Source: Pseudomonas aeruginosa PAO1
GTDB taxonomy: Bacteria; Pseudomonadota; Gammaproteobacteria; Pseudomonadales; Pseudomonadaceae
Length of the DNA: 64,000 nt
Assembly: GCF_000006765.1 (NCBI RefSeq)
Contig: NC_002516.2
Strand: one strand, 5' to 3'
The position numbers and the translations under genes were made by a program. Shown one piece after another: positions 53,394-64,000 of the stretch. The notes under the pieces were generated by a model. That model searched no databases, was not told the DNA's origin, and saw only the letters and a list, made by a program, of their open reading frames with translations. The first letter of the stretch is position 1, and the number at the start of each line of letters is the position of its first letter.

Positions 53394-53719
53394 TGCTGTA
53401 CCGGGAGCGCGTTGGCGTCGATGTCCTCCAGGCAGCGCGCGTTGACCGCGGCCATCGCCTGGCCGTCCGGACCTATGCCTTCGCTGAACGGCGCGCAGCC
53501 GCAGGTGGGGCAGAAGTGATGCTGCAGGCGGTGGGTGTTGAAGGTGTAGGTGTGCATCGCGCTGGCCGGCGTCTTCAGCGCCAGACGGTCGCGCGGGACG
53601 AACCACAGCAGCCAGCCGCGCCGGCTGCACAGTGAACAGTTGCACTGGATCACCTGGTCGAGGTCGCCTTCGACTTCGTAGGCGATGGTTCCGCAGTGGC
53701 AGCTTCCTCGATAGTTCAT
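53372..53719 (-). CDS. GFA/CENP-V family zinc protein
   Basis: GSCHCG, CNCSLC and HHFCPTCG. Confidence 0.9.
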
Positions 53720-53856
53720 GGCAGGGCTCCTGGGTGAGGGTAGGGCAAGTCTAGCCGCTGCCTCCAGGTGGCGCAGGGCTGCGGCGCAGACGGTCGCGAG
53801 AGCTGCGGGGCTGCGGCATAATCGGCGTCCCCTCCGTCGATTTCCGCGAGACCGCC

Positions 53857-54465
53857 ATGCAACTGGACTTCACCACCATCGCTCCCGCCGAGGCCTATCG
53901 CTGGTTGGCTTCCACCGTCACCCCGCGACCGATTGCCTGGGTCTCGACCCTGTCCGCCGAGGGCGCCAGCAACCTGGCCCCGTTCAGCTTCTTCCAGGTG
54001 ATCAGCGACGAGCCGCCGACCCTGATGGTCAACGTCAGCCTGCGCGACGACGGCAGCCTCAAGGACACCCTGCGCAACGTCCAGGCCACCGGGCAGTTGG
54101 TGATCCACCTGGTCGGCGCCGCCCAGGCCGAAACCATGAACGCCACCTCCGCCTGGCTGCCCCATGGTGTGAGCGAGATCGAGACGGTCGGCATCCCTAC
54201 CGTGTCCAGCGTACGCGTGGCGCCGCCGCGGATCGCCGCGGCGGCGGTGGCCTTCGAGTGCGAGGTGGCGGAGATCAAGCCGTATCCGGCGGAGAACCCC
54301 AATTGCCACCTGATCTTCGCCCGCGTGCTGCTGGCCCATGTCGACGATGCCGTGCTGGCCGACGAGCGCCATGTGGATAGCGCCCGGCTCGACCTGGTCG
54401 GTCGCCTGGGCGGCAGCCACTACAGCCATACCCGCGACACGTTCAGCATGATCCGGCCCAGGTAG
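53857..54465 (+). CDS. Flavin reductase-like FMN-binding protein
   Basis: [24 protein letters not shown] and VGRLGG..Y. Confidence 0.9.
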   Translation: MQLDFTTIAPAEAYRWLASTVTPRPIAWVSTLSAEGASNLAPFSFFQVISDEPPTLMVNVSLRDDGSLKDTLRNVQATGQLVIHLVGAAQAETMNATSAWLPHGVSEIETVGIPTVSSVRVAPPRIAAAAVAFECEVAEIKPYPAENPNCHLIFARVLLAHVDDAVLADERHVDSARLDLVGRLGGSHYSHTRDTFSMIRPR

Positions 54466-54471
54466 CCGGGC

Positions 54472-54879
54472 TCAGTCCGGCGCCCGCAGGCACTCGTCGA
54501 CCGTGCGCCGGCACACCGGCGCCTGGCCCGCGGCCTGGCGTTCCTGCCACTGGCGATAGGCGAACTGGTAGCTTTCCGGATACACCCCGCCGCGCTTCAG
54601 CGGCGCCACGATACTCGCGCGCAGCGCCTGTTCGGTCAGCGCCAGGTGCGCGGCCAGGCGCTGGAACTGCCAGGGCTGCTGGCCCTGGCGGCGCTCCAGG
54701 ACCTCGACGTGGTACAGGCCGTCGGCCGCCGCGCTCGACAGGTTGTGCACGATCAGCCAGCGCGACAGGCCCGGCGCCGCCGGCAACGACCAGAGCGGCT
54801 GCTCGATCGGGCCGCTCCAGTCGGCCAGGGCGGGGGCGCACAGACTCAGCGACAGCAACAGCGGCAATACGGGACGCAT
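54472..54879 (-). CDS. Exported hypothetical protein (DUF5086-like)
   Basis: Signal peptide (ALA); [24 protein letters not shown] and C-terminal CxxxVxxC. Confidence 0.7.
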   Translation of the reverse strand: MRPVLPLLLSLSLCAPALADWSGPIEQPLWSLPAAPGLSRWLIVHNLSSAAADGLYHVEVLERRQGQQPWQFQRLAAHLALTEQALRASIVAPLKRGGVYPESYQFAYRQWQERQAAGQAPVCRRTVDECLRAPD

Positions 54880-55079
54880 GGCAAGCTCCTTTTCCATGGG
54901 GCGCCCAGTATGGCTCCGCGCTCGACCGACGTCAGCCCGGATATCCTGGAAACGACCTGCGCATATCTCTCCTGGCCATTATCGTGCCACTACCTTGCCC
55001 GGCCGCTCAGGTTCGGCGAAAAACGCGCGACACAGCGGGAAATGCGCACGCAGACGGCGCGTCACGGGGGAGGGGAGTC

Positions 55080-57038
55080 ATGCTGGGGTTGCTGCGCAGG
55101 CGTCTGGCCGATCTCGGCACGGCGAAGAAACTGGCCATCGGTTTTACCCTGGTCCTGCTATTGACCGCGCTGGTGGCCGCGCTCGCGGTGCTCTCGCTGC
55201 ATGCGCTGGGGCAGCGCTTCGCGCGCCTGCAGGAGATGAGCGCGATCAATCGCGACGTGCTGGAGGTTCGCCAGGCCGAGAAGGACTTTGCCCTGCACGG
55301 GGAAAAGAGCGACGCCGAGCGCTTGCGCCAGCGCCTGGCCGCGACCCTTGAACGGGTGGGCCGGCTCAAGGCCGACGGCGACGCCGATCAGGCGCTTGGC
55401 ATGGCCGAGGTGGAGCAGGTGCTGGCGGCATACCTAGAAGCGTTCGGCCGCTTCGAGCAGTCCATCCAGGGACGCCAATTGGCTTGGGAAAGCGCCAGCT
55501 GGTCGCTGAACGGCGCCGCCAACAGCCTCGATATCCTCCAGTCCAGCCTGGCCGAGGATGGCGCCTATGCGCTGAAGGAGAGCCAGGGGCACGACGGCGA
55601 GCCGCTGTTGCAGCAGGCGGCCCAGGTCGCCCAGGTCAATCGCCTGGTCCTTCAGGGGCTGGACGAGGCCCGCTCGCGTCTCGAAGCGCGCGCCGCGGAT
55701 GCGCAGGAGGGGCCGCCGAAATCGCTGCGCGAGGCGCTGGAGCTGGCAGCCCGGCTGGAGCAGGCGATCACCGACGATGCCTACGTGTCGGTGGTCAAGG
55801 ACGTGCTGACCAATATCCGCGGTTTCGCCGACAAGCTCGCCGAGTACCGCGCCAGTCAGCTCCAGGAGCGGCAGATGTACGCCGCCATGGGCGAGCGCGC
55901 CGGGCAGGTGATGGCGCGTGTCGACCGTAGCTGGGAGGCGCAGCAGCAGGCCATGCTCCACAGCCTGCGGACAAACTCCCTGCTGATCGTCGGCGCCGCC
56001 GTGCTGGCGCTGCTGGTGGGCCTGGGCGCGGCCTTCGGCATCAGCCTGCTGATCGTCCGTCCGCTGCGCCAGGCGATGGGTGTGGCGCAGCGGATCGCCG
56101 AAGGCGACCTTGCGGTACGGGTCGACAGCGAGCGGCGCGACGAGGTTGGCCAACTGATGGCCGCGATGCGCGCCATGACCGGCAGCCTGCGCGGTATCGT
56201 CAGCCAGTTGCAGGACGGCGTCGGGCGGATTGCCGGCGCTTCCGAGGCGCTGTCCGGCGTTACCACGCGCACCCGCCTGGGAATCGACAGCCAGCGGGCG
56301 GAAACCGAACAGGTGGCCACGGCGATGAACCAGATGGCCGCCACCGTCCATGAAGTGGCGCACAACGCCGAGGAAGCCGCGGGGGCGGCGGAAAGCGCCG
56401 ACGGCAAGGTCAGCGTCGGCCAGGAGGTGGTACGCCAGACCCTGGAGCGGATCGAGCGACTGGCCGAGGCGGTGCGCGCGGCCACCGCCAGCGTCGAGGC
56501 GCTGAGCGCCGACAGCCAGCGCATCGGCAGCGTGCTGGACGTGATCAAGAGCGTGGCCGAGCAGACCAACCTGCTGGCGCTGAACGCCGCCATCGAGGCG
56601 GCGCGGGCCGGCGACCAGGGTCGAGGCTTCGCCGTGGTCGCCGACGAGGTGCGGGCGCTGGCGCGGCGCACCCAACAGTCCACGGCCGAGATCGAGACCC
56701 TGATCGGTGCCTTGCAGAATGGCACGCAGCAGGCGGTGCAGCGTATGCAGCGCAGCCACCAGTTGGTGGACCAGAGCGTCGACGACGCGTTGCAGACCGA
56801 GGCGGCGCTGGGCAACATCGCCACGGCGGTGGCGCTGATCCAGCAGATGAACCAGCAGATCGCCGCGGCCTCCGAGCAGCAGAGCGCGGTCGCCGAGGAG
56901 ATCAACCGCAGTGTCACGGCGATCCGCGAGGTGGCCGATCAGTCGGCCCAAGCCATGCAGTCGACGGCTTCGTCCAGCGAACAACTGGCGGAGCTGGGCC
57001 GCGAACTACAGGGCATGGTCAGGCATTTCCGCTTGTAG
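55080..57038 (+). CDS. Methyl-accepting chemotaxis protein (large helical, HBM-like sensor), 652 aa
   Basis: Two TM segments, [38 protein letters not shown]; GGAG RBS. Confidence 0.95.
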   Translation: MLGLLRRRLADLGTAKKLAIGFTLVLLLTALVAALAVLSLHALGQRFARLQEMSAINRDVLEVRQAEKDFALHGEKSDAERLRQRLAATLERVGRLKADGDADQALGMAEVEQVLAAYLEAFGRFEQSIQGRQLAWESASWSLNGAANSLDILQSSLAEDGAYALKESQGHDGEPLLQQAAQVAQVNRLVLQGLDEARSRLEARAADAQEGPPKSLREALELAARLEQAITDDAYVSVVKDVLTNIRGFADKLAEYRASQLQERQMYAAMGERAGQVMARVDRSWEAQQQAMLHSLRTNSLLIVGAAVLALLVGLGAAFGISLLIVRPLRQAMGVAQRIAEGDLAVRVDSERRDEVGQLMAAMRAMTGSLRGIVSQLQDGVGRIAGASEALSGVTTRTRLGIDSQRAETEQVATAMNQMAATVHEVAHNAEEAAGAAESADGKVSVGQEVVRQTLERIERLAEAVRAATASVEALSADSQRIGSVLDVIKSVAEQTNLLALNAAIEAARAGDQGRGFAVVADEVRALARRTQQSTAEIETLIGALQNGTQQAVQRMQRSHQLVDQSVDDALQTEAALGNIATAVALIQQMNQQIAAASEQQSAVAEEINRSVTAIREVADQSAQAMQSTASSSEQLAELGRELQGMVRHFRL

Positions 57039-58740
57039 CCGCGGCCTGGGCGGCGAGTCTTTCCTGCTGGCGCAGCCAGTAGCGATAGGCACTGACCCCG
57101 GAGCGCACCGAGCTGAACACCAGCGGCGGCTTGATCTCGCCGAGCATGCTCGAGCGTTGCAGCAGGTCCAGCGTCTGCCCGGTCACCCGCGCCAGCGACA
57201 GGTGCACGCCCTGGGCCTTGAGGATCTGTTGCACCTCGTGGAGGGTGGCCAGGCCGCTGATGTCGAGGTTGGTCATGGCTTCGGCGTTGAGCAGCACCGC
57301 ATTCGGCCGCTCGCTGCCGTCCACCACGGCAAGCACCCGCTGCTTGAAGTAGTCGGCGTTGAAGAACAGCAGGGGGGCGTCGAAGCGGTAGATCACCAGG
57401 CCGGGAAGAGTGGTGGCCTGCGGGTACTTGGCCAGCTCGACCTGGCCGTCGATGCCGTGCATCCAGCCGAGCACCGCGTCGCTCGGGCGATAGGTGTAGT
57501 AGAGCAGGCGCAGTACGGCGATGCTGACGGCGACGAAGATTCCCGGCAGCACGCCGACGCTGAGCACGCCGACGGTGGTCAGCAGGCAGAGGCTGAACTC
57601 GAAGCGGCTGAGCTTCCAGAAGCCCTTCAGCGCCTGCACGTCGATCAGGCCCCAGCCGGCCAGCAACAGGACCGCACCGAGCGCCGGCATCGGCACCCAG
57701 CCCAGGGGCTTGTTCAGCAGCAACAGGGTGGCGGCGATCACCAGCGCGGCGACCACGCCGACCAGTTGGGTCTTGCCGCCGACCATGTCGTTCACCGCGG
57801 TGCGTGAGTCGGCGCCGCTGATGGCGAAGCCCTGGGAGACCCCGGCGCCGATGTTGGCCAGGCCGAGGGCGACGAATTCGTGGTTGGCGTTGATGCTGTA
57901 GCCGTGACGGGCGGCGAAGCTGCGCGCGGTGAGCATGGCGCTGCAGAAGCTGACCACCGTGATGCCGGTGGCGTCGCGCAGCAGGCTTTTCAGTTCCTCC
58001 AGGCTGGTCTGCGGCCAGCTCAGTTGCGGCAGCCCGGCCGGTACCTCGCCAAGCAGTTCCACGCCGTAGCGATCCAGGCCCAGCAGCGCCGCGGCGAGGC
58101 TGGCCAGGAGGACGCCGCAGAGCGCCCCGGGCAACTGCGGGAAGCGCCGCGGCAGCAGCACCATCAGCAAGAGCGAGAGGCTGCCGAGGATCAGCGTCGG
58201 CCAATGGATGTGCAGCAGGTTCTCCAGCAGCGCGAGGATGCCGGCGACGAAGCCGCTGGTCGCCGCCTCGTAGCCGAACAGCTTGCCCAGTTGCCCGACC
58301 AGCAGGCTCAGGCCGATGCCGTTGAGGTAGCCAACCAGGATCGGTCGCGAGAGGAAGCTGGCGATGAACCCGGCGCGGGCCAGGCCGGCGACGATGGAGA
58401 ACAGCCCGACCATGATCGCGATGATCATCGACAGGTCCACCAGGCGCTGCGGATCGCCCGCCGCCAGCGGGGTGATGGCGGCGGCGACCATCGCCGCGGT
58501 CGCCGCGTCGGGGCCTACCATCAACTGCCGCGAGCTGCCGATCAGGGCGTAGATCAGCATCGGCAGGATGCACGCATAGAGGCCTACCTGGGGCGGGAAG
58601 CCGGCGATCTGGGCGTAGGCGATGGCGGTGGGGATCTGGATCGCCGCTACCGACAGCCCGGCCTGGACATCCGGACGGAACCAGGCGCGGCGGTAGTGGA
58701 GCAGGCTATCGAGTCCGGGTACCCAGCGGGCGAGTGGCAT
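57019..58740 (-). CDS. SulP/SLC26 anion transporter with STAS domain
   Basis: [35 protein letters not shown] and [13 protein letters not shown]. Confidence 0.95.
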   Translation of the reverse strand: MPLARWVPGLDSLLHYRRAWFRPDVQAGLSVAAIQIPTAIAYAQIAGFPPQVGLYACILPMLIYALIGSSRQLMVGPDAATAAMVAAAITPLAAGDPQRLVDLSMIIAIMVGLFSIVAGLARAGFIASFLSRPILVGYLNGIGLSLLVGQLGKLFGYEAATSGFVAGILALLENLLHIHWPTLILGSLSLLLMVLLPRRFPQLPGALCGVLLASLAAALLGLDRYGVELLGEVPAGLPQLSWPQTSLEELKSLLRDATGITVVSFCSAMLTARSFAARHGYSINANHEFVALGLANIGAGVSQGFAISGADSRTAVNDMVGGKTQLVGVVAALVIAATLLLLNKPLGWVPMPALGAVLLLAGWGLIDVQALKGFWKLSRFEFSLCLLTTVGVLSVGVLPGIFVAVSIAVLRLLYYTYRPSDAVLGWMHGIDGQVELAKYPQATTLPGLVIYRFDAPLLFFNADYFKQRVLAVVDGSERPNAVLLNAEAMTNLDISGLATLHEVQQILKAQGVHLSLARVTGQTLDLLQRSSMLGEIKPPLVFSSVRSGVSAYRYWLRQQERLAAQAAATSGNA

Positions 58741-58882
58741 GCGGCTGATTCCTTGCAGGCGCGGATGCCGCAGCTTAGCCCGAAGGACAGGCGGCAGGAT
58801 TGCCGGGAATCATTATTTCTTCAGTGCACACGCTCTTCGAGGCGAGGCGCTATCCGCCGCTTCTTCGCGCCGGCGGCGGACC

Positions 58883-59887
58883 TCAGACCTTCAACACCAA
58901 CTTGCCGAAGTTTTCCCCGCTGAACAGCTTGAGCAGCGTTTCGGGGAAGGTCTCCAGGCCTTCGACGATGTCCTCGCGCGATTGCAGCTTGCCTTCCGCC
59001 AGCCAGGTGGCCATCTCCTTCAGGCCTTCTGGGAAGCGCTGGGCATAGTCCATCACCACCATGCCTTCCATGCGCGCCCGATTGACCAGCAGCGACAGGT
59101 AGTTGGCCGGGCCGCGCACCGCTTCCTTGTTGTTGTACTGGCTGATCGCCCCGCAGAGGACGATGCGTGCCTTGAAGGCGATGCGGGTGAGCACTGTGTC
59201 GAGGATTTCGCCGCCGACGTTGTCGAAGAACACATCGATACCCTTCGGGCATTCGCGCTTGAGTCCGGCGGCGAGGTCTTCGTTCTTGTAGTCGATGGCG
59301 CCGTCGAAGCCCAGTTCTTCGACCAGGAAGCGACATTTCTCGGCGCCGCCGGCGATGCCCACCACCCGGCAGCCCTTGAGCCTGGCGATCTGCCCGGCAA
59401 CGCTGCCCACCGCACCGGCGGCGCCGGAGATCACCACGGTCTCGCCGTTCTTCGGCTGGCCGACGTCGAGCAACGCGAAGTAGGCGGTCATGCCGGTCAT
59501 GCCCAGCGCCGAGAGATAGCGTGGCAGCGGCGCGCGGGACGGGTCGACCTTGTAGAAACCCTTGGGCTCGCCGATGAAATAGTCCTGCACGCCGAGGGCG
59601 CCGTTGACGTAGTCGCCGGCCTGGAAGCCGGGGTGCTTCGAAACCAGCACCTTGCCGACGCCGAGCGCACGCATCACCTCGCCGATCCCCACCGGCGGGA
59701 TGTAGGAGCGGGCGTCGTTCATCCAGCCGCGCATCGCCGGGTCCAGCGACAGGTACTCGTTCTTCACCAGGATCTGGCCCTCGGCCGGTTCGCCGAGCGG
59801 GGTTTCGACGAAACTGAAGGTGTCGCGGCCGGGCAGCCCGCTGGGACGCTGGGCCAACTGGTATTGCCGATTGATCTGGGAGGTCAT
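58883..59887 (-). CDS. NADP-dependent alkenal/prostaglandin reductase-like oxidoreductase (MDR)
   Basis: SLDPAMRGWM, GMTGMTAYF, SGAAGAVGS and FFDNVGG. Confidence 0.93.
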   Translation of the reverse strand: MTSQINRQYQLAQRPSGLPGRDTFSFVETPLGEPAEGQILVKNEYLSLDPAMRGWMNDARSYIPPVGIGEVMRALGVGKVLVSKHPGFQAGDYVNGALGVQDYFIGEPKGFYKVDPSRAPLPRYLSALGMTGMTAYFALLDVGQPKNGETVVISGAAGAVGSVAGQIARLKGCRVVGIAGGAEKCRFLVEELGFDGAIDYKNEDLAAGLKRECPKGIDVFFDNVGGEILDTVLTRIAFKARIVLCGAISQYNNKEAVRGPANYLSLLVNRARMEGMVVMDYAQRFPEGLKEMATWLAEGKLQSREDIVEGLETFPETLLKLFSGENFGKLVLKV

Positions 59888-60137
59888 GGCAGGGCACTCG
59901 AATGTCGGGAAACAGGCCCCTAGGGATAGCTGGCGCCGGCACCGGCGGCAAGCGAAGGCGAGTGCGGAAATGACCGGTCATCTATGCCGATGATTCGCCG
60001 CCATCAGTCTTATCAGCGGGCTGGATGGCCCATCCTCCAGTCCCCTGATAGTGCTATGCCTTGCGCCGGCCCTGGCTAGACTGGCGCGGCCCGGTTCCGT
60101 CGCGGTTGGCGGAAGGCGATTTTCCGAGGAGCAGCAG

Positions 60138-60899
60138 ATGAGCAAACTTCTTTCCGGCCAGGTCGCACTGGTCACTGGCGGTGCGGCGGGCATCGGCCGC
60201 GCTACCGCGCTGGCCTTCGCCGCCGCCGGGGTCAAGGTGGTGGTCGCCGACCTGGACAGCGCCGGCGGCGAGGGCACGGTCGAGGCGATCCGCCAGGCGG
60301 GAGGCGAAGCCCTCTTCATTCGCTGCGACGTCACCCGCGACGCCGAGGTCAAGGCGCTGGTAGAGGGTTGCGCAGCGGCCTACGGCCGTCTCGACTATGC
60401 CTTCAACAACGCCGGTATCGAGATCGAGCAGGGCAAGCTGGCCGACGGCAACGAAGCCGAGTTCGACGCCATCATGGCTGTCAACGTGAAGGGCGTCTGG
60501 TTGTGCATGAAGCACCAGATCCCGCTGATGCTGGCCCAGGGCGGTGGCGCGATCGTCAACACCGCCTCGGTCGCCGGGCTCGGCGCGGCGCCGAAGATGA
60601 GCATCTACGCTGCTTCCAAGCACGCGGTGATCGGCCTGACCAAATCGGCGGCGATCGAGTACGCGAAGAAGGGCATCCGCGTCAACGCCGTGTGTCCGGC
60701 GGTGATCGACACCGACATGTTCCGCCGCGCCTACGAGGCCGATCCGCGCAAGGCCGAGTTCGCCGCCGCGATGCATCCGCTGGGTCGGGTCGGGCGGGTC
60801 GAGGAAATCGCCGCCGCGGTGCTCTATCTGTGCTGCGACAACGCAGGCTTCACCACCGGTATCGCCTTGCCGGTGGACGGCGGGGCGACGGCGATCTGA
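60138..60899 (+). CDS. Short-chain dehydrogenase/reductase
   Basis: TGGAAGIG, NNAG and YAASK. Confidence 0.95.
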   Translation: MSKLLSGQVALVTGGAAGIGRATALAFAAAGVKVVVADLDSAGGEGTVEAIRQAGGEALFIRCDVTRDAEVKALVEGCAAAYGRLDYAFNNAGIEIEQGKLADGNEAEFDAIMAVNVKGVWLCMKHQIPLMLAQGGGAIVNTASVAGLGAAPKMSIYAASKHAVIGLTKSAAIEYAKKGIRVNAVCPAVIDTDMFRRAYEADPRKAEFAAAMHPLGRVGRVEEIAAAVLYLCCDNAGFTTGIALPVDGGATAI

Positions 60900-61047
60900 G
60901 CGGGCGGCGATACAACCGGGATGCCCCGGCGCGGGGCATTCGCATTCTGTTACAGGTCGGCACGCGGTTTGGCGCGCCAGGCCACTGCCGGGGGACTAAC
61001 CTGGGTCGAGAATCCGGGGCCTGAGCCCGTCTCCATCGCATCGGAGC

Positions 61048-61058
61048 AATAACAATAA
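61048..61058 (+). promoter_or_regulatory. Hfq/Crc catabolite-repression motif at the BASS start
   Basis: AATAACAATAA between the GGAG RBS and the ATG. Confidence 0.7.
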
Positions 61059-61951
61059 TGACCGCCGATCCCATCCTGACCCTGTTCCTCCCCATCGCAC
61101 TGGGCATCATCATGCTCGGTCTCGGACTGTCCCTGACCCCGGCCGACTTCCTCCGCGTGGTGCGCTACCCGAAGCCGGTGCTGGTCGGCCTGGTGTGCCA
61201 GATCGTCCTGCTGCCCCTGGCCTGTTTCCTGATCGTCCAGGGCTTCGCCCTGGAGGCGGCCCTGGCGGTCGGCATGATGTTGCTGGCGGCCTCGCCCGGC
61301 GGCACCACCGCCAACCTCTACAGCCACCTGGCGCATGGCGACGTGGCACTGAACATCACCCTGACCGCGGTGAACTCGGTGATCGCCATCCTCACCATGC
61401 CGCTGATCGTCAATCTGTCGCTGCAATACTTCATGGGCGACGGGCAGGCGATTCCCCTGCAGTTCGGCAAGGTCGTGCAGGTCTTCGTCATCGTCCTCGG
61501 CCCGGTGGCCATCGGCATGCTGGTGCGCAACCGCCTGCCGGCCGTGGCGGATCGCCTGCAGAAGCCGGTGAAGATCCTTTCCGCGCTGCTGTTGCTGGTG
61601 ATCATCCTGCTGGCGCTGGCCAAGGACTGGCAGACCTTCGTCACCTACGCGCCGGTGGTCGGGCTGGCCGCGCTGGCCTTCAACCTGCTGAGCCTGGCGG
61701 TGGGCTACTGGGTGCCGCGCCTGCTGCGCCTGCCGAAGGCCCAGGCGGTGGCCATCGGCATGGAGATCGGCATCCACAACGGCACCCTGGCGATCGCCCT
61801 GGCGCTGAGTCCGAGCCTGCTGAACAACAGCACCATGGCGATTCCGCCGGCGATCTACGGAGTGCTGATGTTCTTCACCGCGGCGGCCTTCGGCTGGTGG
61901 GTCAGCCGTGGCCACCAGGCCACGCCGGCGCCCGTGACGGCGCCGGACTGA
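61058..61951 (+). CDS. BASS/SBF sodium symporter
   Basis: LGIIMLGLGLSL, ASPGGTTANL and EIGIHNGTLA. Confidence 0.93.
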   Translation: MTADPILTLFLPIALGIIMLGLGLSLTPADFLRVVRYPKPVLVGLVCQIVLLPLACFLIVQGFALEAALAVGMMLLAASPGGTTANLYSHLAHGDVALNITLTAVNSVIAILTMPLIVNLSLQYFMGDGQAIPLQFGKVVQVFVIVLGPVAIGMLVRNRLPAVADRLQKPVKILSALLLLVIILLALAKDWQTFVTYAPVVGLAALAFNLLSLAVGYWVPRLLRLPKAQAVAIGMEIGIHNGTLAIALALSPSLLNNSTMAIPPAIYGVLMFFTAAAFGWWVSRGHQATPAPVTAPD

Positions 61952-61957
61952 GGTCGG

Positions 61958-63154
61958 TCAGCCGCGCCGCCAGTTGAGCACGAACTGAGTCAGCAGGCCG
62001 GCCACCAGGCCCCAGAACGCCGAGCCGATGGACAGCAGGGTGAAGCCGGAGGCGGTTACCATGAAGGTCACCAGCGCGGCCTCGCGCTGGCGCTCGTCGG
62101 CCATCGAGTTGGCCAGGCCGTTCATGATCGAGCCGAGCAGGGCGATGGCGGCGATGGACAGTACCAGTGCCTTGGGGAACGCCGCGAACAACGCTGCCAG
62201 GGTGGCGCCGAAGGTTCCTGCGACGCAGTTGAAGAAGCCGCACCAGAGCGCCGCGGTATAGCGCTTGTGCGGGTCCTCGTGGGCCGAGGGACCGGTGCAG
62301 ATCGCCGCGCTGATCGCCGCCAGGTTGATCCCGTGGGAGCCGAACGGTGCCAGCAGGATCGAGGCGATGCCGGTACTCGAGATCAGCGGCGAGGCCGGCA
62401 CCTGGTAGCCGTCGGCGCGCAGCACGGCGATGCCGGGCATGTTCTGCGAAGCCATGGCGACGATGAACAGCGGGATGCCGATGCTGATGGTGGCGGCCAG
62501 GGAGAAGCTCGGCGTGGTCCACTCCGGTACCGCCAGTTCCAGGCGGAACCTGCTGAAGTCCAGTTGGCCCAGTATCCCGGCCAGCAGCACCCCCACCAGT
62601 AGCGCAGCGAACACCGCATAGCGCGGCGAGAAGCGTTTGCACAGCAGATAGCTGAAGAACATCGCCAGCACCAGCAGGGTCTGTTGCTCGGCGGCGTTGC
62701 AGATCTCGATGCCGATGCGGAACAGCACCCCGGCCAGCAGCGCCGAGGCCAGCGAGGAGGGAACCTGGCGCATCAGGCGTTCGAAGCTGCCGGTGACGCC
62801 GCACAGGGTGATCAGGAGGGCGCAGACGATGAAGGCGCCGATCGCCTCGCTGTACGGCACTCCGGGCAGGCTGCTGATCAGCAGCGCCGCGCCGGGGGTG
62901 GACCAGGCGATCACGATCGGCACCCGGTAGCGCAGGGTCAGGCCGATGGTCGCCAGGCCCATGCCGATCGACAGGGCCCAGATCCACGAGGAAATCTGCG
63001 CGCTGCTGAGACCGGCGTTCTGCCCGGCCTGGAACATCAGTACCAGCGAGCTGGTGTAGCCGGTGAGCATGGCGACGAAGCCGGCCACCACGGCGGCGGG
63101 AGAGGAGTCGGCGAACGGACGCAGACGAGGCTGGGGCTGGGTGGTTTCGGTCAT
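61958..63154 (-). CDS. BenE-family aromatic acid/H+ symporter
   Basis: VIAWSTPGAA, MASQNMPG, NLAAISAAIC and GIGSAFWG-like end. Confidence 0.9.
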   Translation of the reverse strand: MTETTQPQPRLRPFADSSPAAVVAGFVAMLTGYTSSLVLMFQAGQNAGLSSAQISSWIWALSIGMGLATIGLTLRYRVPIVIAWSTPGAALLISSLPGVPYSEAIGAFIVCALLITLCGVTGSFERLMRQVPSSLASALLAGVLFRIGIEICNAAEQQTLLVLAMFFSYLLCKRFSPRYAVFAALLVGVLLAGILGQLDFSRFRLELAVPEWTTPSFSLAATISIGIPLFIVAMASQNMPGIAVLRADGYQVPASPLISSTGIASILLAPFGSHGINLAAISAAICTGPSAHEDPHKRYTAALWCGFFNCVAGTFGATLAALFAAFPKALVLSIAAIALLGSIMNGLANSMADERQREAALVTFMVTASGFTLLSIGSAFWGLVAGLLTQFVLNWRRG

Positions 63155-63384
63155 GCCGGGTACTTCCATGGAGTGTGCGGGACGACCGGGCACGGCGGTG
63201 GGCGGAGCCACGGGGCAGGTTGCGCGAGGCGCGGAGTGCCGATCATCTTTTTCTGTTTTGCGCAGCCTAAACAGCCGGCCAGGGGCTGTCCCGGTACAGC
63301 CGCGGACATAGTTGGCCATACAGTCGCAGCTGCCGGAAGCTGGCGGAGCTGGTAACTTCCCGGCATTTGCCGAGGAGCTTCGCC

Positions 63385-64000
63385 ATGGATGCAAACCCCT
63401 ACGCCACGCCGCGTGTCGAATTGGTCGAGCAGGGCATACCGGATGCTTTCCGCCGGCGCTGGACGCCCGCGCAACTGCGCATCCTCGCCTGGCTCTGCCT
63501 GGCCTCGATAGCCGGCGGCGTGGTGCTGATGGTGCTCAGCCTGCTGGAGGTATTCGGCGACGGCGCCGCGTTCAGGGTCTACGCCGACTGGCTGGGCCTG
63601 CTCCTCAGCCTGCTCGGCGCCTACCTGCTGCTGCGGCTCAAGCACCTGGTCGAGTCGCGCTTTCGCGGCCCCTCGCTGGCCTGGCCGGTATGGTTGTCGA
63701 TTCTCCTGACCCTGCTGGGCGAGGGCTGGAGCCTGCTGGCGGTTACCGACGATGCGCTGCAGGGCTGGAACTGGCAGGCGCTGGTGTACTTCGCGCTGCT
63801 TGCGCTGATCGGCGCTACCACCCTCTGGCTGGGCCTGCGTCTGCTCAAGCAGGAAAACCTCTATCCGTCGCTGCGGATCATGGCCTGGCTGGACATCGCC
63901 GGCGGCGCGATGCTGGCTTCGGTGCTGTTGCTGGTGCTGGCGGTACTGCCGCTGCTGGCCGCCACCGTGGCCATGGCGCTGGCCTGCTGGCGCGCGGCGC
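63385..64000 (+). CDS. Hypothetical multi-TM protein, truncated by window end
   Basis: MDANPYATP N-terminus followed by hydrophobic helices; open to the end; GAGGAG RBS. Confidence 0.75.
   Translation, partial: MDANPYATPRVELVEQGIPDAFRRRWTPAQLRILAWLCLASIAGGVVLMVLSLLEVFGDGAAFRVYADWLGLLLSLLGAYLLLRLKHLVESRFRGPSLAWPVWLSILLTLLGEGWSLLAVTDDALQGWNWQALVYFALLALIGATTLWLGLRLLKQENLYPSLRIMAWLDIAGGAMLASVLLLVLAVLPLLAATVAMALACWRAA

Noticed and set aside
55007-55033. Possible sigma28 promoter for the second MCP
   Set aside because: TCAG-N15-CGCGACAC is too far from the consensus.

Overview
High-GC gammaproteobacterial chromosome segment. Gene content and order match the Pseudomonas aeruginosa core region from about PA1594 to PA1652 (recognised from memory of the PAO1 annotation, not from a database search). 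About 60 intact CDSs are present: htpG, a second panB, a three-subunit nicotinate-dehydrogenase-like molybdoenzyme with a MarR regulator, two chemoreceptors, fabAB, a TonB-dependent receptor/periplasmic binding protein/hybrid kinase operon, gpsA-sixA-fadD4, a dca-like acyl-CoA beta-oxidation module, kdpFABCDE, glutaminase, selD-mnmH, SulP, BASS and BenE transporters. I found no rRNA, tRNA, CRISPR array, prophage or IS; the only mobile-type DNA is a GTAG-family REP doublet. The most interesting observations are: (1) the translationally coupled TBDR-SBP-hybrid kinase operon, a candidate non-canonical trans-envelope signalling system; (2) a Tat-exported, split NicAB-like hydroxylase with a perfect palindromic operator but no downstream nic genes in the window; (3) two identical 19-bp IclR-type operators in the dca-like module; (4) several unexplained palindromes; and (5) an apparent E240G change in FabB. 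Start codons were chosen by RBS and homology and are less certain than stops.
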